The position numbers and the translations under genes were made by a program. 64,000 bases of DNA from the NCBI GenBank assembly GCA_000320545.1, contig ADNK01001797.1, positions 10,800 to 74,799 of the forward strand, given 5' to 3'. Of the stretch, positions 27,301-42,861 are shown piece by piece. The DNA is from Bigelowiella natans CCMP2755 (Eukaryota; Protista; Cercozoa). The notes beneath the pieces were generated by a model. It did not search any database. It had not been told where the DNA came from and was given only the letters and a program-made list of their open reading frames with translations. Position 1 is the stretch's first letter. Each line of letters opens with the position of its first letter.

Positions 27301-29865
27301 GAAGGACATATCTAAATTAGTTTGGAGTCAGTAATAGTTATATGATTATTGCAGATGAAGAAGAGGAAGAAGAAGAGTAAGAAAATGATAGGCTACCAAC
27401 GGTACATTTTTGTGGTAACAAGAAATACTACAACTGCTAGTATAGCGCCTACAACGTTCCTCGGCGTGTGCATAGTACAATTTATCGTAGATCTATGATC
27501 ACGACGACGATATGGGCACTAACTTAGATAAGTCCTGTGGTACTTCCTTGAGAATCTCATCAATATTATAACCGTCGGTATGAAGGTTTTCCTCTGCGCT
27601 TTTCCGTAATTTGATTCCAAAGGACAACGCGACCCCTCGAACCATCTAATGAAGAATATCAATAAAACGAAAACAATTACAATTATTATGGGGAAAACGG
27701 ACATATACACAGATAAGTGGGGGGGGGGGGGGGTCCTAGAAAGCATAACCTGTTTGTTTTGCTTCTTAATGGTCTTTCTCAAGTCTTTAAGTGTTGTACA
27801 GCTCTCGAATTGAAGCCTCTGATCTGCCCTTATATAACCCCTTGAATAGCGCAGGATACGACCCACGAAGGACTCAACTGCATGTAGTTAGTCGGTAGTT
27901 GAATAATGTGTATGGGTGTAACAACAATAATAATAATGATAATAACAACAATAGCATCATGAGGTCATTCAAATGACGTCTTGTTTCCCTTCCTCTTCTT
28001 TTTCTTGTTGCTTTACCAGTGATCTTCTCTGCCATCCTTAAGGCAGATCCAGGAGTCTTACACTGGTCAAACCTCTTGAGAAAGACGCTATTTCTCTTCT
28101 CCATCCCCTCCCCCTGCTCCTCCTCCTTCTTATCCCCGTCACCATCGTGGGCGTGATCAACTGCTCCTCCGTCAAAGAGAGCACCCAACACGGTGTTGCA
28201 GCAGAACACCTGTGCGATGAATTCCGCACACACAACGTCCCATGTTTCCATAAAGCTAAGCTTTTTATTCGTCAGTATAGCGGACATGCGCTTTTCCTTA
28301 AAGACATGCTGCTTTCCTCCAAGCTTATTGATAACCTCCATCACAGTAAAGACGTTCCTAAAGCAGATAAAACGATAGCATAGGGAGAAGAGGATATACA
28401 AAGAAGAAGAGGAAGACCGTAGAGTAGTAAGAGATAGTGGAGGAGATCAGGTGTGGATCTAGCAGAAAAATAAATACGTAGGCGTATTGATTTCGACATA
28501 GGGATAAAAATAACAAATTAGTTTGAATAGTCGTAATAGACCACTCTTAATATGGTTATTATTATCATTATTTTCCATGAACAACTCAGTATTTTTATTA
28601 GCACTGTTTCTTCTTCTTTCCTATTTTCGTACGTACCGACGAAGAATGTGCTTGGCGCATGTCCCTATCATATTCAAGTCCACAGAATTAGCAGCATGTA
28701 TCTTGCGCTTCCTTCGCTTGTTGCGTTTCGTCCCTTCTTTAACTTCCTCCCCCTCCTTTTGATCATTTATGTCGGCAACTTTCCCAATATTAGCTTGATC
28801 GGTGTTACTGTTCGCTGCACTGTCACTATTTTCAGCTTCTTTGGCGGTTTTATTACTTTGATGTTTATGATCATCATCGCTACTTGCAACCATCTGATCG
28901 AGCAAAAAGTGATCTACTTCCCTAATAGAATGAATGAGCCAGTCTAAGGCTTTTATGATGAGAAAGTACTGCGAAGAAGAAGAAGAAGACGTCGAAGATG
29001 AGGGATTTCTCCCCTTATTCTCTGTGTCCGAGCGACTTTTTCCATCATCATCGTTGCCAGTACTGATGTTGTCGTTGTGAAGGTGGTGCTGTTTTCCATC
29101 TCCGGGTTTTTGTTCTCCCTCTTTCTTCTCCCCCCCAACTTCCTCCTCCCCCCTTGTTGTTTGCGCAGCTTGACTACACATTCCCGCCTTCACCATTTTC
29201 ATTAACTCCGCCAAATCGTGTAGCGAGAAAGTTCCTTCCGAAATGCTTTTCCTTGTTGATGTCCACAAACGAAGGACGTTGACATTCATCTTCATAATCC
29301 AGCTCATTGGTAACCCAAGCACGCTATATACGGCCTTCGCCATCCATCCCTGTGAGCGAAACTGACGAAAGCAGGACAATATCATGATTATGATTATGAT
29401 TATGATTATTAATAATATTATTATTGTTGCTATTATCAGTAGCAGTGGTCATCGTCGGGCATATTATGATTATAAGTCAATGATACATGCTATAGATGCA
29501 TCCTGCAAAGTATGGACGGATTAAAGCGACAGCACCAGCAGCAAGATCACCTTTAAATGGTGCTTAATACCGTGCGTGCTACTACAACTGCCTGTGACTC
29601 ATGTACCACAACACCACCTCTACTACTGCTACTACTACTACTACTACTACTACTGCTACTATTGCTGCTACTACCATCTCGCAAATGCCAGTCATCAGCA
29701 TGCCCAAGACTCTTAAGTCTCCCATGGCAAAGATCAACTTCGTAGTGGATGGGAATCTGACAAGACTGATGATGAAAGATGGTGATCAATCACTAGATGA
29801 TTGGATGGATGATGATTAACGAAGTTCGTAGCATATTAACAACAAAAACACAAAACACAAAACAC

Positions 29866-29909
<44 letters not shown>

Positions 29910-31087
29910 GGGTTGCCAAATGATCGAAATTATGTAAAAATGACATAATTCAATTTGGTCTCACTCATGCATTTCCCCGTGGAAATACGCAATGAGCGCA
30001 AGAGGTGCTGTGCCGGTGGCTAGCACATGCTCTTCAATGACATCCGCAACGGATTTAGGAAGCGATAACTTGTGAAATTTCTGCTCAGCCATGAGCACCC
30101 TTTCATCACGTAAGTGCGGTATAATATCTTGACTAGAGAGCTGACGTCGCAGCTCCAAGGGCTCAATGGTGTGATCTACGTGAAAGTCTACCCAAGGAAC
30201 CTTGAGAGCGCAGAAAGAAGTACCAGACCCGAATAATGAGGTATTATTCCAAAATAACATCAAAGCAAACGCAACCTATACACACACAGATACACCCACC
30301 CACCCACCACTGCTGCCAGCATATTTAGCGGCATGGTACTACTACCTTCTCCAATGCCTTTGCCTTTAAAAGATTTTTGACATGCTGATGCAGTTCATCT
30401 AGGGTCGGGCATACCCCCTCTTGAAACACCTCGTCGAGTACCCCCCTCTCCTTCAGATTTCGCACATAGTGAGTTGATAGCTTCTGCTCAATTTCTGTGT
30501 TAAACTTGGTGTGGAAAACATCGTGCACTGGCACGATTTTCTTCTCACGAAGCGCGGAGAACAGAATCTGCTTGGAGAAGTTCTCGGTGAGACGTTCCAT
30601 GGATTTGAGGAGCTCTTCTGTTGTGTCTTTTCGTCGTAAATGATGGTCATATCCAAATGATCCATTATGCATCGACTCTACGATTTCTTTACTGGAAAAC
30701 AACGGATCTAATATCTGTAGTAGTTGTTGTAAGAAGAAGTTTTTGTTAAAATAATTATCAGAACTAAATCAACATCTACCACCTCTTGGAATACATATAC
30801 TACAGAAGAAGATATACAACTAATTCTCATCGTCAGCGGGCATAAGATGGTTATTTAAGATCATCATCGTCACCGTTAGCATCACACGTTATATACTACT
30901 GCTGTTATTACCTCTGCCGTCTCAGTGAAAGCAGGCACGAGCACACCCAATGCAAACACTACGAACCGAGAAATGGTGTTTTCCACGCTCTTGTCTGATG
31001 GGACCTGTATAGTATAGTAATAACCACACCAACAATGAACAAGCAGCTCAGGATCAAAAGGAAGGGAGATAGGGAGAGAGGGGAGGA

Positions 31088-31138
<51 letters not shown>

Positions 31139-34100
31139 GAAGAGGTAGGAATGCAACACGAATGATGTGCCAAATTTAGCTAACATAATTCTGGTAGTGG
31201 TGGTGCTACTGACCCTTCCTAATAAAGCCATAATCTCCACTACTTCTGAAAAGCGAATCAATTTCTTCGTGAGTGAAGCGTTGAAGGCCAAGGCTTCTTC
31301 GGGGGAGAAAGAAATCGATTCTTCCTGACACATCGACTTCAACTTAGGGTCTTCCACCTTCTCAGAAGAGCGTTGGTTCATTCCTGTGAATAAATTCAAA
31401 TATTTGATGGCGCGTTCAAGAGAATTTTTCCGGTTTGGGTTGATGAAGTATGATTTGGCAATGAGCCTTAACAACTTGGATTTTCTCTTGTTGACTGGTG
31501 AATAAGATGAAGAAGGACGTAGAAGAACAACGAGGACAACAAGAAGCAGAAGAAAGAAGGAGAAGAAGAGGAAGGAAGCTATCAGCATAATGATGATGAT
31601 GACAATGACAATGACAACGATGAGTTGATTGAGAGGTAAGTGCTTCACACATAAGAGCATCAAACAACAAGAAGTATAGCAGCAACAAACTCGTTATCAT
31701 CATAAAAATATCATCATCATATGAATATCATCATCATATGAATATCAGCTGATAAATGCCTCCACCTGCCGTGAGCCACATAGCCCTTGAGAGATTGGGG
31801 TCATCGTGTTGGGTAGTCACAGACCTCAGTAGAAAGTATATCTGAATCACTAATATTTCGATACGGTGCCCGAACTTACGAGCAAACAACGTGTTCATCA
31901 AGATGTCACGAAGGCCTGAAAGATACCTAGTAGTGGAAGGAGGACGATGAGTAGATGAGCAACAGGTGCAACAACATCACGGCAACAACAAAATCAACAA
32001 TCACTCAGGGCTTTCATCAATTGCGTCGTCTAATTCTCAAACGAATCGAATATTTTTCCAATGGCAAAGCAGCAGTAGCAGCAGCAGTAGCAGCCTCCAA
32101 AATATCTAATTGCTGAACACGTTACTTTTGAGTGCTGCACGAGGCGAAATGTGGGTATCGTAGGTTCCAGAAAGGAGCCATTACGGATAAATACCTAGAT
32201 AATTAGTGCGTAGTACAAAAAAAGAACGAGTGGGAAGCTGCCGTCATTATAAGAGACTGAGGGTCGTCCTTGTAGATGATGACGATGACAATGAGGAGGA
32301 TGAATAGGTTTCTCTCTCTCTTTCTCCTGAGGATATCATGTTTCTTTTCTCCTCTCTACCCACACACTTACTACGCACTACCGATGAAATCTTGTATTCT
32401 GAAACAAACTGGCGATGTTCTCTGGTAGCGTCATCTTAGTGGATTCCATTCTCGCCAGGGTAGATCGAATATCTTGCAAGGAGTTCCTACAAATGATACG
32501 ATAATGCGGATGGAAAAAAAGAAGGAGAAGGAAGAAAGAAAAAGAGAAGAAAAACATTCATTTGTGATGGATGACGAATTATGATGATGATGATGATAAT
32601 GATGGTGATGATGGTGGTAGTGCATAGAGGCAGAGATATTTACTAGAAAAACCTCCTTACAGTTGTTAACATTATTCTTCATGATGTTCAGGAGGTAGTG
32701 TAATAGCATCATCGTCGTCGTCATGACCATCATCACCTGTCTCCCATAAACGTGGGCTTTTCTCGCTTACAATCATCAACATCTTCTTCCTTCTTATCAT
32801 CCTTATGAGCTTCTCGCAATAGTCGTTCAATCTCCTCCACGCCTCGTTGACAGAGAAAATCTTGCACCTTTTGCAGTATCTTATCAGGGTCGTCATTCTC
32901 TTTTATGTCCTTCCAAAAATTGCGGTTCTTATCAGCCTTCTTCCTCTCCTCCTGTTTCTCTTTTGAAGAGTGCTTAGAACCATACGGAGCATCGCCGCAG
33001 GCCTCTGAGACTACGAAACGAGTAATGTCTTGGATAATCACGTTGGATACCAAACTTACAACTTTCCACAAGCGAATCTGCGTCATTTTAATTCCCAACA
33101 AAAAGGTAGGTAGATAGATAGCGACAACAACAACGACAGCAATGACGACGAATGGAAGAAGAAGAAGAAGAAGAAGAAGAAGAAGATTATGATGATGATA
33201 AAGTGGTACAAAGAGGAACAGGACGAGCGGATAAGAAGTTCAGATATGAAATAGAAATTTATTAGAGCTGCGGTATATATAAGCAACAACTTGGTTTCGA
33301 AAGTGGTTTGATGGCAATGTTGATTAATCCTGAGATTTATCCACCATTAGAGTTATCATCATCATCATCATCATCATCACCATCATCATCACCTTGACCA
33401 ACAATATAACACCATCAAAAAAATGCTCGCGCTGCCGCATATCTGCAACAACCTTGTCCTTCTTCTCCGGTGATATATTCAAAAGGCTTACGAAGTGTAC
33501 GTTGACGCGATCTGTCATGTAGATTTGGATTATCTTCATCTTTATCATATGTCACCATTCATCATTCTTTTATTCATATGTCCATAGGTCTTAAATAATC
33601 TCTCTAACCCCTCCTTTTTCGCCATAGTGGGAGTAGCAGTAGATGCGGGAGAAACAGAACCAAAAAAAGACAAATGAATGATTGCCTAATATATTACTCA
33701 TCGTCCTATCAAGGAAAGTAGCATGTCGCTTCTTTGACTTCATAAGATGAAGGAGGCGTAAAGTCTCTACAGCGACAACAGTAATGAGCTTATCCCTGAA
33801 GGTATTTACGTCCATCGTTTGCAGCTCTGTAGCAAGGCGATTTCTTATTTTCCCCATCTCTTTCTTCAGAACAAAGTAATCGTTCTTCTTTACTGAAGTA
33901 CCAAAAACTTCACAGAAAGTAGCGTTGAATGTTGCCTAGATAGTGGCCATGAAAGGAGCAGGCGCAGGAGGAAGACGAGGAAATCATTGCCATAAATACG
34001 GTTCTACACCGAGAATCAGATTGAGGAAGAAAGAGGGAGGGCACTGGAGGGAGACAGCGGGGAGGGGGGGAGAAGAGGAGCAACCTTTTCCGAACTATTG

Positions 34101-35902
34101 GCTTTTCTTTCGATTCTATTCTCATACACAGAAAGTGTTATAGCGGTAAGATGTCTCAGGTAGTCGCACTGCTGGATTTGATCCAAGACAAACTGGAGAA
34201 TAATGCTACCCAAAGAAGAAATAAGAAAGAGATACGTAACAAGAGAGGGGGGGGTAGGGGGAAGAAGAAGAAGAAGAAGATGGTGATGATGATGAAGTGA
34301 TTGACGCATTGGCAAATGTAGTAAATTAAGGTTGTAGCAAGTGAGCTGCAGGGGTAGAAGGAGAGTAGTAGTAGCTGGTAGTAGTAGCTAGTAGTAGTAG
34401 TAGTAGTAGTAGCAGTAGTAGTGGTAGTGCTGTGCTGGTCATAGTGGAACAATAAGGCATTAGCAGGAAGAAGAGGAAGATTGTACTGGTAGTATTGGAG
34501 GTGGTAGTAGTAGCAGTAGTAATAGTAGTAGTTGTAGCAGAGGAATAGCTATGATGTTAATGTTAATGGCCATTTTCGCGTGTGCAGTGTGGGAGCGAGC
34601 TGCAATGAGCTGATTACGGTTCAGTAAGATTTGATTCCGTTTGCAACTTTTTGATGATGTGATCTCTAAACCTATAAGTGGGAGTAGGAGGAAGAGGAGG
34701 AGGAGAAAGAAAAACTTAGGGATAAAAACACAGCATACATGCTGGCTACCACCACCACTTCCGTGAAGAGACAACTCATCGTCGTAATCAACACTATCAT
34801 TGTTATAATTCATGTATCCGTGCGAAGAAAAGGAAGTTGGAAAAAAAAAGGAAGAAAAGGAAAAAAGAGATTCCGACATCATCGTCGTCCATCAGATAAT
34901 CACAGAACAAGACTATGAATATCGCCTATCAAACTCGTATGGTTTTCATCTAATTACATTTAGATGCATAATCTTTTATGGCATCCCCTCTTTCCCCTCG
35001 CTCTTCTTCTTCTTCTTCTTCTTCTTCTTCTTCTTCTTTTCCCCTCCCCCCCCCTCCCAAAAGAACTATAAGATAACAAGCAAAATATTTTTACCAATCC
35101 CAACTGAAGTTTTGCTTTACCAGGCTATTATGAAGGTCATTGCGTATTTTATCCACCTATAGTAGGAGCAGCAGTAGTAGTAGTCGTAGTAGGGCTTTAT
35201 CGTCATATTATAATAACAACAGCAACAACGAGAATACCACACTGATCACAATAATAATGGTTATGGTGATAATGCAAAAACACTATCAAGTCAAAAGGAC
35301 TAGTAGAGGATCAGTATTTGAAGATTATACTGCATCAGCAGTAGCAACAATAGCACTTAGTAGATAGTGAAATAAGCATTCATACTATTATCAACCCACT
35401 CACAGAAGATCTCTCATCATCAGTTACTCTTCTTACATGAGTCATAAATCCATTAAACTTTCTCAGGTTTTCGTTCCATCTTCCAGTTTTCACTCCAAAA
35501 GCCTAGATACAGCAGTAGCAGCACTTATTCAAATATTTTCCTTTACTCGTAGATGGATATATATATATTTATTTGTTATACCTTCTCGATATCAACTAGA
35601 GCTGTGCTGATTTGAATCTGCAACTGAGACCATTTTTCGAAAAGAGTGGTGGGAAGGAGCGTGTTCAACATGTGAATGCGGCTTGCCTCAGGATGGGTAA
35701 CAGATGATAAAAGGCCGTTCATCCATTCTGAGATTTGAAATAAGTGCATATTGAAAGAAAGATTATGTTAAGTCCCCTATTCAATAAGCAACAAGCCACT
35801 GCTTTTCTTTTTATCGGCAGAGGATACGCATGAATATGATGAATTGGTTATTTCAATCATACGTCGCTCAATCTTCCTCGTTCCTGTCGTCATTATCATT
35901 AC

Positions 35903-35935
<33 letters not shown>

Positions 35936-36228
35936 GTTCTTCTTCACGACCTTGGTGGTGCTGCTCATCCGTGGGACGTGGATTTATGATGTTGAAGAGG
36001 TTACTAATGAAAGACTTCGATGCTGCCCCTCCTTTGTGCCTTCTTTCTCTTTTACTTCTTCTCTTTTTCTTTTTCCTCTTCTTACTATTAGTCTTATTAT
36101 CATCTTCATTCTGCTCTCCTTTGAAGCTGGAGTCGGGTGGAAGGACGCCGCAGCAAGTTTGTCGTTCACAGCACCGAAGAGTGCAGAAAGAGGAGAGAAG
36201 GGAGGGGGGTGGAGGAGAGAAAGCAATC

Positions 36229-36259
<31 letters not shown>

Positions 36260-38158
36260 GGGGGGGGGAGAGAATATAAGTGCAACCTTCGCCTTAATGG
36301 ACTATATTGTACATAAGTATAACTAATGCCGACTCCAGAATAACATATATATAATAATACTGCTAATAATACATTAGTAATGTAAACCTTTTCCTTCTCC
36401 TTCTCCCTGTCTTAATCTTCTTATAAATATGCTTTTAACTACTTCTACTACCACAAATACTACTACACCTCCACTATTCCTCGTACTACATGACACCTAC
36501 CCTTGCTTTGGAATGTCTATCTTGTGGTCATTGATTCTATAACGATGCTTTTTCTCCTCCTTGAAAAGGCCAACCTTTATTCGCAAGTTGCAGCATTAGG
36601 GTTAGCAGGGGAGGGAGGAGAGGGGAAAAGCAGTTGTGAGGAATCAGCCAAGGGAAAAGCAGTTGGTCGAACTGACAGCACTTAGTAGTATAATACACGC
36701 CGTCGTAGCTTATCATTTTACATCATACCCTCTGCATCAACAATCTACTCTGCTACCACTACCACCCCCACTACTACTATTGCTACTACCGGGTTGTCCT
36801 GTTTGTATTCTTCACCTTCTTTATTTTCATCTTCAAAAACCATTTTTGTCATGCCATCGTCGTCGTCGTCGTCGTCGTATCCCGCAGTTTTTCCTCGTGC
36901 TCCTTGCCGTGGTTGGGAGTGGTGTGTATGAAAACGGATGAAGTTGCTCGGAGGATTAAGATGATATTTCTCCTCTTTGCCATCATCGTTATCGTTAACA
37001 TCATCACAATCCTCTTCTTCTTCGACTTCGGAGAGCTCAGAAGGATCTGCAGCAGTAGTCACAATACATTGATTATCTTGCACTGTTCAATACCATAAAC
37101 TATCATCATCAGAAAATAAGATGGAAATACTACGGAGAACAGTGTAGTAGCGGCAAATATGATTGGGCTAAAAAAGCTTGAGCATCTTTAAATATTATTA
37201 TCGTGGCGTTTTGTGCAGTCGTTCGGTGTCGCTGCCGTTGTCGCAGGTTATCTCTAACGTCTACCGTTCAATTTCTTCTTCTTCTTTTCTTCTTCTTGTT
37301 CTCATCGTAAAAACCCACCATTGCTGCCATTGTCATCATCTTCATCACCACCACCACCATCTTTGTTACTGCTGTCCGCAAATAGATCACCAAACAGAAC
37401 TTCGAAAGCCCGCTCCACAGACATTTTTATCCGCAGGATTGGCCCAAATATGAGATTTTGAAAGTCGTAGGCGATGAAAGCCATGCCGATAGTGACAATC
37501 ACTGTCAGTGAAAACGTTAATATCAGTCCATTCCGCGCAGTTACTATAACCTGTTGTTTAGTCATTATCATTATTATCATTATTATCATTATCTTATTAC
37601 TACAATCATCCTATTGATTCATCCATAACCCTCATCAAACCCGCTGCTTACGATGTAATCACCACAAACGATTTCCAATCTGTTGCAGGGGAATGCAAGA
37701 GTACCTCTTTTCGCTGGTTAAAGATGGCCGCATCTAGACATGAATCCTGCCTTAAATCTCCCTCTGACACTTTATCACCGCATCCACTCCCGATAGAACT
37801 TTTTTAATGTATTTGTATTATTTTTAAACTATGATAATGTACAGTGATCTGCTCTTTTGGTGTAGGACCCGAAAGCACAATACACGCACACAAATACAAA
37901 CCTGTACGTCATCTCTATGCTTCTTAACTTTTTGAGTTTATCGGAGTCCTTTCGGAAGGAACAACAAGAAAGAAAGAAAGAAAGAAAGATGATGATGATG
38001 TATCAAGATCATGTAAGTTGAGAGGAGATAGAGTAGTAATTTAGTCTTCGCGAGCTACAGATCTCTCATAACCGAGTGGTGACGTATTAGAATACATGTT
38101 GACTTCTTTTCTTCTACTTATTTTTCATCGTGATCGCAATATATCTAAGCTCTCCTTG

Positions 38159-38200
<42 letters not shown>

Positions 38201-40781
38201 CACACATAGACAGACATACATCGCACCACCTACCACAACAAATTCCGTGCCATTGACTTTGAGGTAGATACAAGGCTTGTTACTATTCCACCGTGTTCCG
38301 AGATGTCTTCCACCAGATAGGTAAACATCCTTCACAGCATTGAATGATGTGCCATTCAACGAATCCATCTGTACACATCAGTTTTGGATGATGATGCTGA
38401 TAATGATGATGATGAAGACAACGATGGATGTCGAGGGTAAAAATCGTTCTAGATTGATAATATCTATAACACGTCAGATCAGAACCAGGAAAAGCCTTCA
38501 AACATAGAAATGGGGTCGAATAAAAGCTGTATGGCACCACCATCACCACCTACCTCCGCCGTGTCTTTGAGCATTTGAAGTCCCATATCTCTTTGTGTTG
38601 CACTTTCCCGTTGAAAGCTGGCCAACGTCGTGATCAAAAGCAAGAGGATCAGCATCATCATCATGATTTTTGACGTCAGTACCTGTGGTATACAATTATA
38701 AATAATGATAGCAATTAATGGCAGTTTTTACAACAACGTACGTATATTACACCACCATTGCTGCGATAAGAATTGCTCTTGACCATCATTCGTGAAGGGG
38801 ACAATGGTGCCACTACTATTCAAAAACTGCCTGCTACATCTATCTACTGTTGAGGAGTACAAAGAAGGACAAATTACCTCTAGCATCATGCCCCCAACCT
38901 TACTTGGATCAGCTAGAAGCTCATTGGATGAATCTTCCTATAAGATCAATGTGTGTTCAGTATACAGTGTAATTATTTGGTAGTGGTGGTGGTAGTGGTG
39001 TTGGCATGATGATGATCATCATCTTTGATATAATACTACTAGTACCGATTTTTCCAATGTGTTGTCCTTGTCCTGATCATTATCCAAATTCTCGAACAAG
39101 TAAGTTTGAATTCTAGCTTGTGAAGCTATTGAGACTCGTGGTACTTGAAGACCAGATCTTCGTCTTGGTTGTCGTTCTTCCTCTCCTCCTCCTCCTCCTC
39201 CTCTTCCGAGTCTCCCAGAGAGATCATTAGCCGTCATATTCGTCATCTCAATCTGACGATGACGATGAATACTACTGGACTGCTGGCCACTGTTTTTCTT
39301 CTCAACATCGTGCAGGTGCTGCTGATTAGTTTGTGTAGTGGAAATGGTGGACATATTGTTGATTCTTGAAGGTAGGTTTGGACGATTGGAGTGACCAACT
39401 ACTTCCCTCCTAATAGGAGAAGTAGCACTATTAGTAGTAACAGCCTCCGTATGCTGCCCAGCGCTACCACTATCGTTGAGATTACTGCTCTCTTTCCTGT
39501 CCTTGTCCATTCTTTTCTTTTCGGTGCTAAGTTTAGGAGACATTTCTTGGCTCTCTGCAGTATTCTGTCCAGACAGGTGAAGGCAGTACAGTACGGTGGT
39601 GATAACGCATGACACGGTCTTGCCAAGAAGCTTTGGTATCCTTGTCGCACGTCCAGCACGGGCTGCGATACGGGCAACTCGAGCTGCGCGTGCGAGCTCC
39701 GTTCCGCTAATGAACTCGTTGAAGGTTATTGTAACCCCTTTAATCTCGATGTGCACCAATGTGAGTACACCTACAGCGGCCAACAAGTCGAGGAACCCTG
39801 TAGTTGACCAGTAGTATGAAGATCCCAGCGCCATTGCGGTGATGATCCACTCGAATATGAAGAGCAGAAAGCAGAACACTAATAATGATAATAATAATAA
39901 TTATGATAAAAAACATCATTAACGTTGGTAATCTATAAATAATAACGGCACAAGCAATTGTGGCCATTTATGCGTGTGTGTATTGTGTGTGTGTGTGTGT
40001 GTGTGTGTGATGTATACATGCATCTGTGGTGGGGACGGGGTGGTGATGGGCCATCGTCACCACTACTGAGACATAGAAAGACGAATGGTGGTGTAATAGT
40101 AAATGATGGTGACGAAATGATGGTGAGCAGCATAAGCAGCATCAGCAGCTGCAACCACCTGTAAGCCAGCCTAGGACAGGATCGTATTCCTTTGGTATGT
40201 TATTCAACATCCAAATGTCGTGCGCGAATAACGCAAATACAGTGAAGAATAACACCGTCCACTCCATCACCGGCGAGTTTTTAATACATGTTGATATTCG
40301 CGATTCCTCATCGTCGATGTAGATCATAATTTCCCTGTTGTTTATTCATATTTTCACTAGTCATAATGATATTCTAACATGTAGGTTTTTGGGATAATCA
40401 TCAGTAATCGTAACATTCTTATATATTCGTCGTTGGGATAATCATTATGATACTACCGCCTGTTTTTTTCATCGAAATCCTCCATTTCAGCCCCCTCCGT
40501 TTCCGCGTGCATCTTGACCAAGAAACGAAGTTCACCATCTTTTCTCGGAGAATTGAAGATATCAATCACAGGAATCTTTGCTTTGGATTGTCCCTCCTTA
40601 AATTTAACGACCGTGTTCAGATAACTAAAATTTACTCCCGTCTTTGCCGATAAATCCTCCGTATAGATGCGAACTGAAACACTCCCGCGCTTCACTTTAC
40701 GCGTAATTGTTAAGCTTAGCTGTCAGGAAAGGAAAGCGTAAAAAGAGTAGAGGAAGATTAAGGAGACGACACGCAGTCATC

Positions 40782-40812
<31 letters not shown>

Positions 40813-41345
40813 TGACGATGAACGACACACACATTTAATCACACACGGAGGAGGAGGAATCACAACAAATATTTCTTCTGTGTCACCGAAGAGCAACAGG
40901 AGATCGACAAGCGAATAACAACCCACGTGATAGAAATAATACTGATTGAGGTCTTTATTGTAGCTGTGATGTTGTGATATCACCAAAACTTGTTATCTCT
41001 CATATCTTCTTACGAACAATATTGTCGCTACTGTACTACCTTGCCGACGTCTTCCCACACACGCATTACTTTCTGCTCGAATTCGATGTCCATATAGAGG
41101 AGGGGGTCCTTGTGATACGCTCCAAAACGTAATAATCCCAGCGATCTAGTTCGAAAGAAAAGAATAATAGTTATAAATGAAGAACGAGCGATGTGCACGA
41201 GCGCGTATTACTTATGTCTTGCACTACTGTGGAGGCCATCTTTTAAATTCGAAGAATCTGGGAGCGATCCTCCTTCCGTTTTTAAACGGGGTTTCTGGAA
41301 ATCATACAAAGGAGGAAGAGCAGGGTTGGTGTCGTCCTCTGGCAT
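24349..41345 (-). CDS. Very large multi-exon membrane protein: Calx-beta domain, voltage-sensor-like TM module, further TMs and a long helical cytoplasmic tail (could be more than one gene; start approximate)
   Basis: Calx-beta: IEFEQKVMRVWEDVGK|LSLTITRKVKRGSVSVRIYTEDLSAKTGVNFSYLNTVVKFKEGQSKAKIPVIDIFN. S1-S3: WTVLFFTVFALFAHDIW, FCFLLFIFEWIITA, YYWSTTGFLDLLAAV. S4-like: ARAARVARIAARAGRATR. Later TMs: KIMMMLILLLLI and LILTFSLTVIVTIGMAFIAYDFQNLIFGPI. Minus-strand exons continue to the stop at 24349. Confidence 0.6.
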
Positions 41346-42147
41346 CTCCTCCTTGACTATAAGCTCTAACGCTGCCTTGATTAAAGGGAATGGGAGGATG
41401 CGATGATTCATTATATCTTGTCAATGATAGACTATATGAAACGTATAATAGTTTGATTAATGAAGTGATCGAGTCTAATCTATGCAGAGCTGCCCCCCCT
41501 TCTTTTTCTAGATTGTGCTCATGTCTCCGATATACAGTGCAGCTTCTTCCTCGCCCCCACCAATAAAACTAGAAAAGTTACCTATCCAGAATAAGTCGCA
41601 AACGTTAGAAGAAAGTCTCAAGCGATGACGCTGTAGCCGAAGATGGCGAGATGGCCACCACCATCACCACCACCACCACGACGACGACCACCATGTTCCG
41701 AGATTGATATCATTGGGGGGCAATGGGGTTCTTCGCCACTGTCATCATTATGTTGTCATAAGTGTGTGGTAGCGTCGTTTAATGACTGAAAAAGAGTATG
41801 GATATCATCGTGAAAATCATGGAAATGTACGGCGTTTATCCTGAAAACAGCCTAAAACTCCCAGATAGGTTCGAAGTAGTCTGATTGGTTTAGTGAACTC
41901 TTGCACGTTACATCTACATTTCAGTGTGGATGTGGTCTCGTAGTCGATGATATCTCGAGATATGTGCGATAAGTGTAGAAAATCATTGGGAACTTTCTAA
42001 ATTTAAATACAAACACTAAAATGGTTCCTGTGGGGTATTCTTTAGAAAACAATTGAAACGATAAACCCACAAGCTAGTCCACACATTTATTCCAGAGAAA
42101 TCTAGGTATATCATCTAATAACAATTGAACAGTACAGACAACATCTT

Positions 42148-42148
42148 C

Positions 42149-42247
<99 letters not shown>

Positions 42248-42256
42248 GACAACAAC
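42148..42256. repeat. (CAA)n microsatellite in the divergent promoter region
   Basis: Direct reading; it produces the spurious poly-Val ORF 42074-42262. Confidence 0.95.
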
Positions 42257-42564
42257 TAACACCCGAGCATAAACGCCGACGATGAACTGACCTCTGGCCG
42301 AAGCGTCGCTAACGCCCCACCCCCTCTCCGAACCCTGCTGATTATCTCCTGGCCCTTCTGCCAGAGTCTCCTGCGGCCAGTCTCCGTCAACTCTTCAGGT
42401 GTGGATCGCCCCAGCAGATATTCTTTTGGTAGGAATTTATTGTTTAAAAAACAAGCTGTTCAGAGTGGGTCTGATAGTTGTCTGCGTGCCCCGTCACAGC
42501 TGAAGCATCTTGTTGACATTTTTCGATACTGAAGGTAGTAGCGGTATCCTCGTCTAGGACAGCA

Positions 42565-42827
42565 ATGGATATTGGGAGAGCTCTAGAGTCAAACAGGCAG
42601 CGGGAGCTCATTCCAAGGTTATGAGATCTGATGGTGCATGAAGTCGACGAAATCACTTAACCACTGCTTCTTGAAGACGAATACCATGCCTTGTAAAAGT
42701 TGAAGTGAGGGTTGCTGTGCATGCTTAAGACGCACTGTTGCTTCTCCTCATCCTCTTCCTCCTCCTCCTCCTCCTCCTCCTCCTCCTCCTCCTCCTCCTC
42801 CTCCTCCTCCTCCTCCTCCTCCTCGTC

Positions 42828-42861
<34 letters not shown>

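Noticed and set aside
42074-42262. Poly-Val, poly-Leu, IYIY and CVCV ORFs here and throughout the ORF track
   Set aside because: They are translations of microsatellites in introns or spacers.
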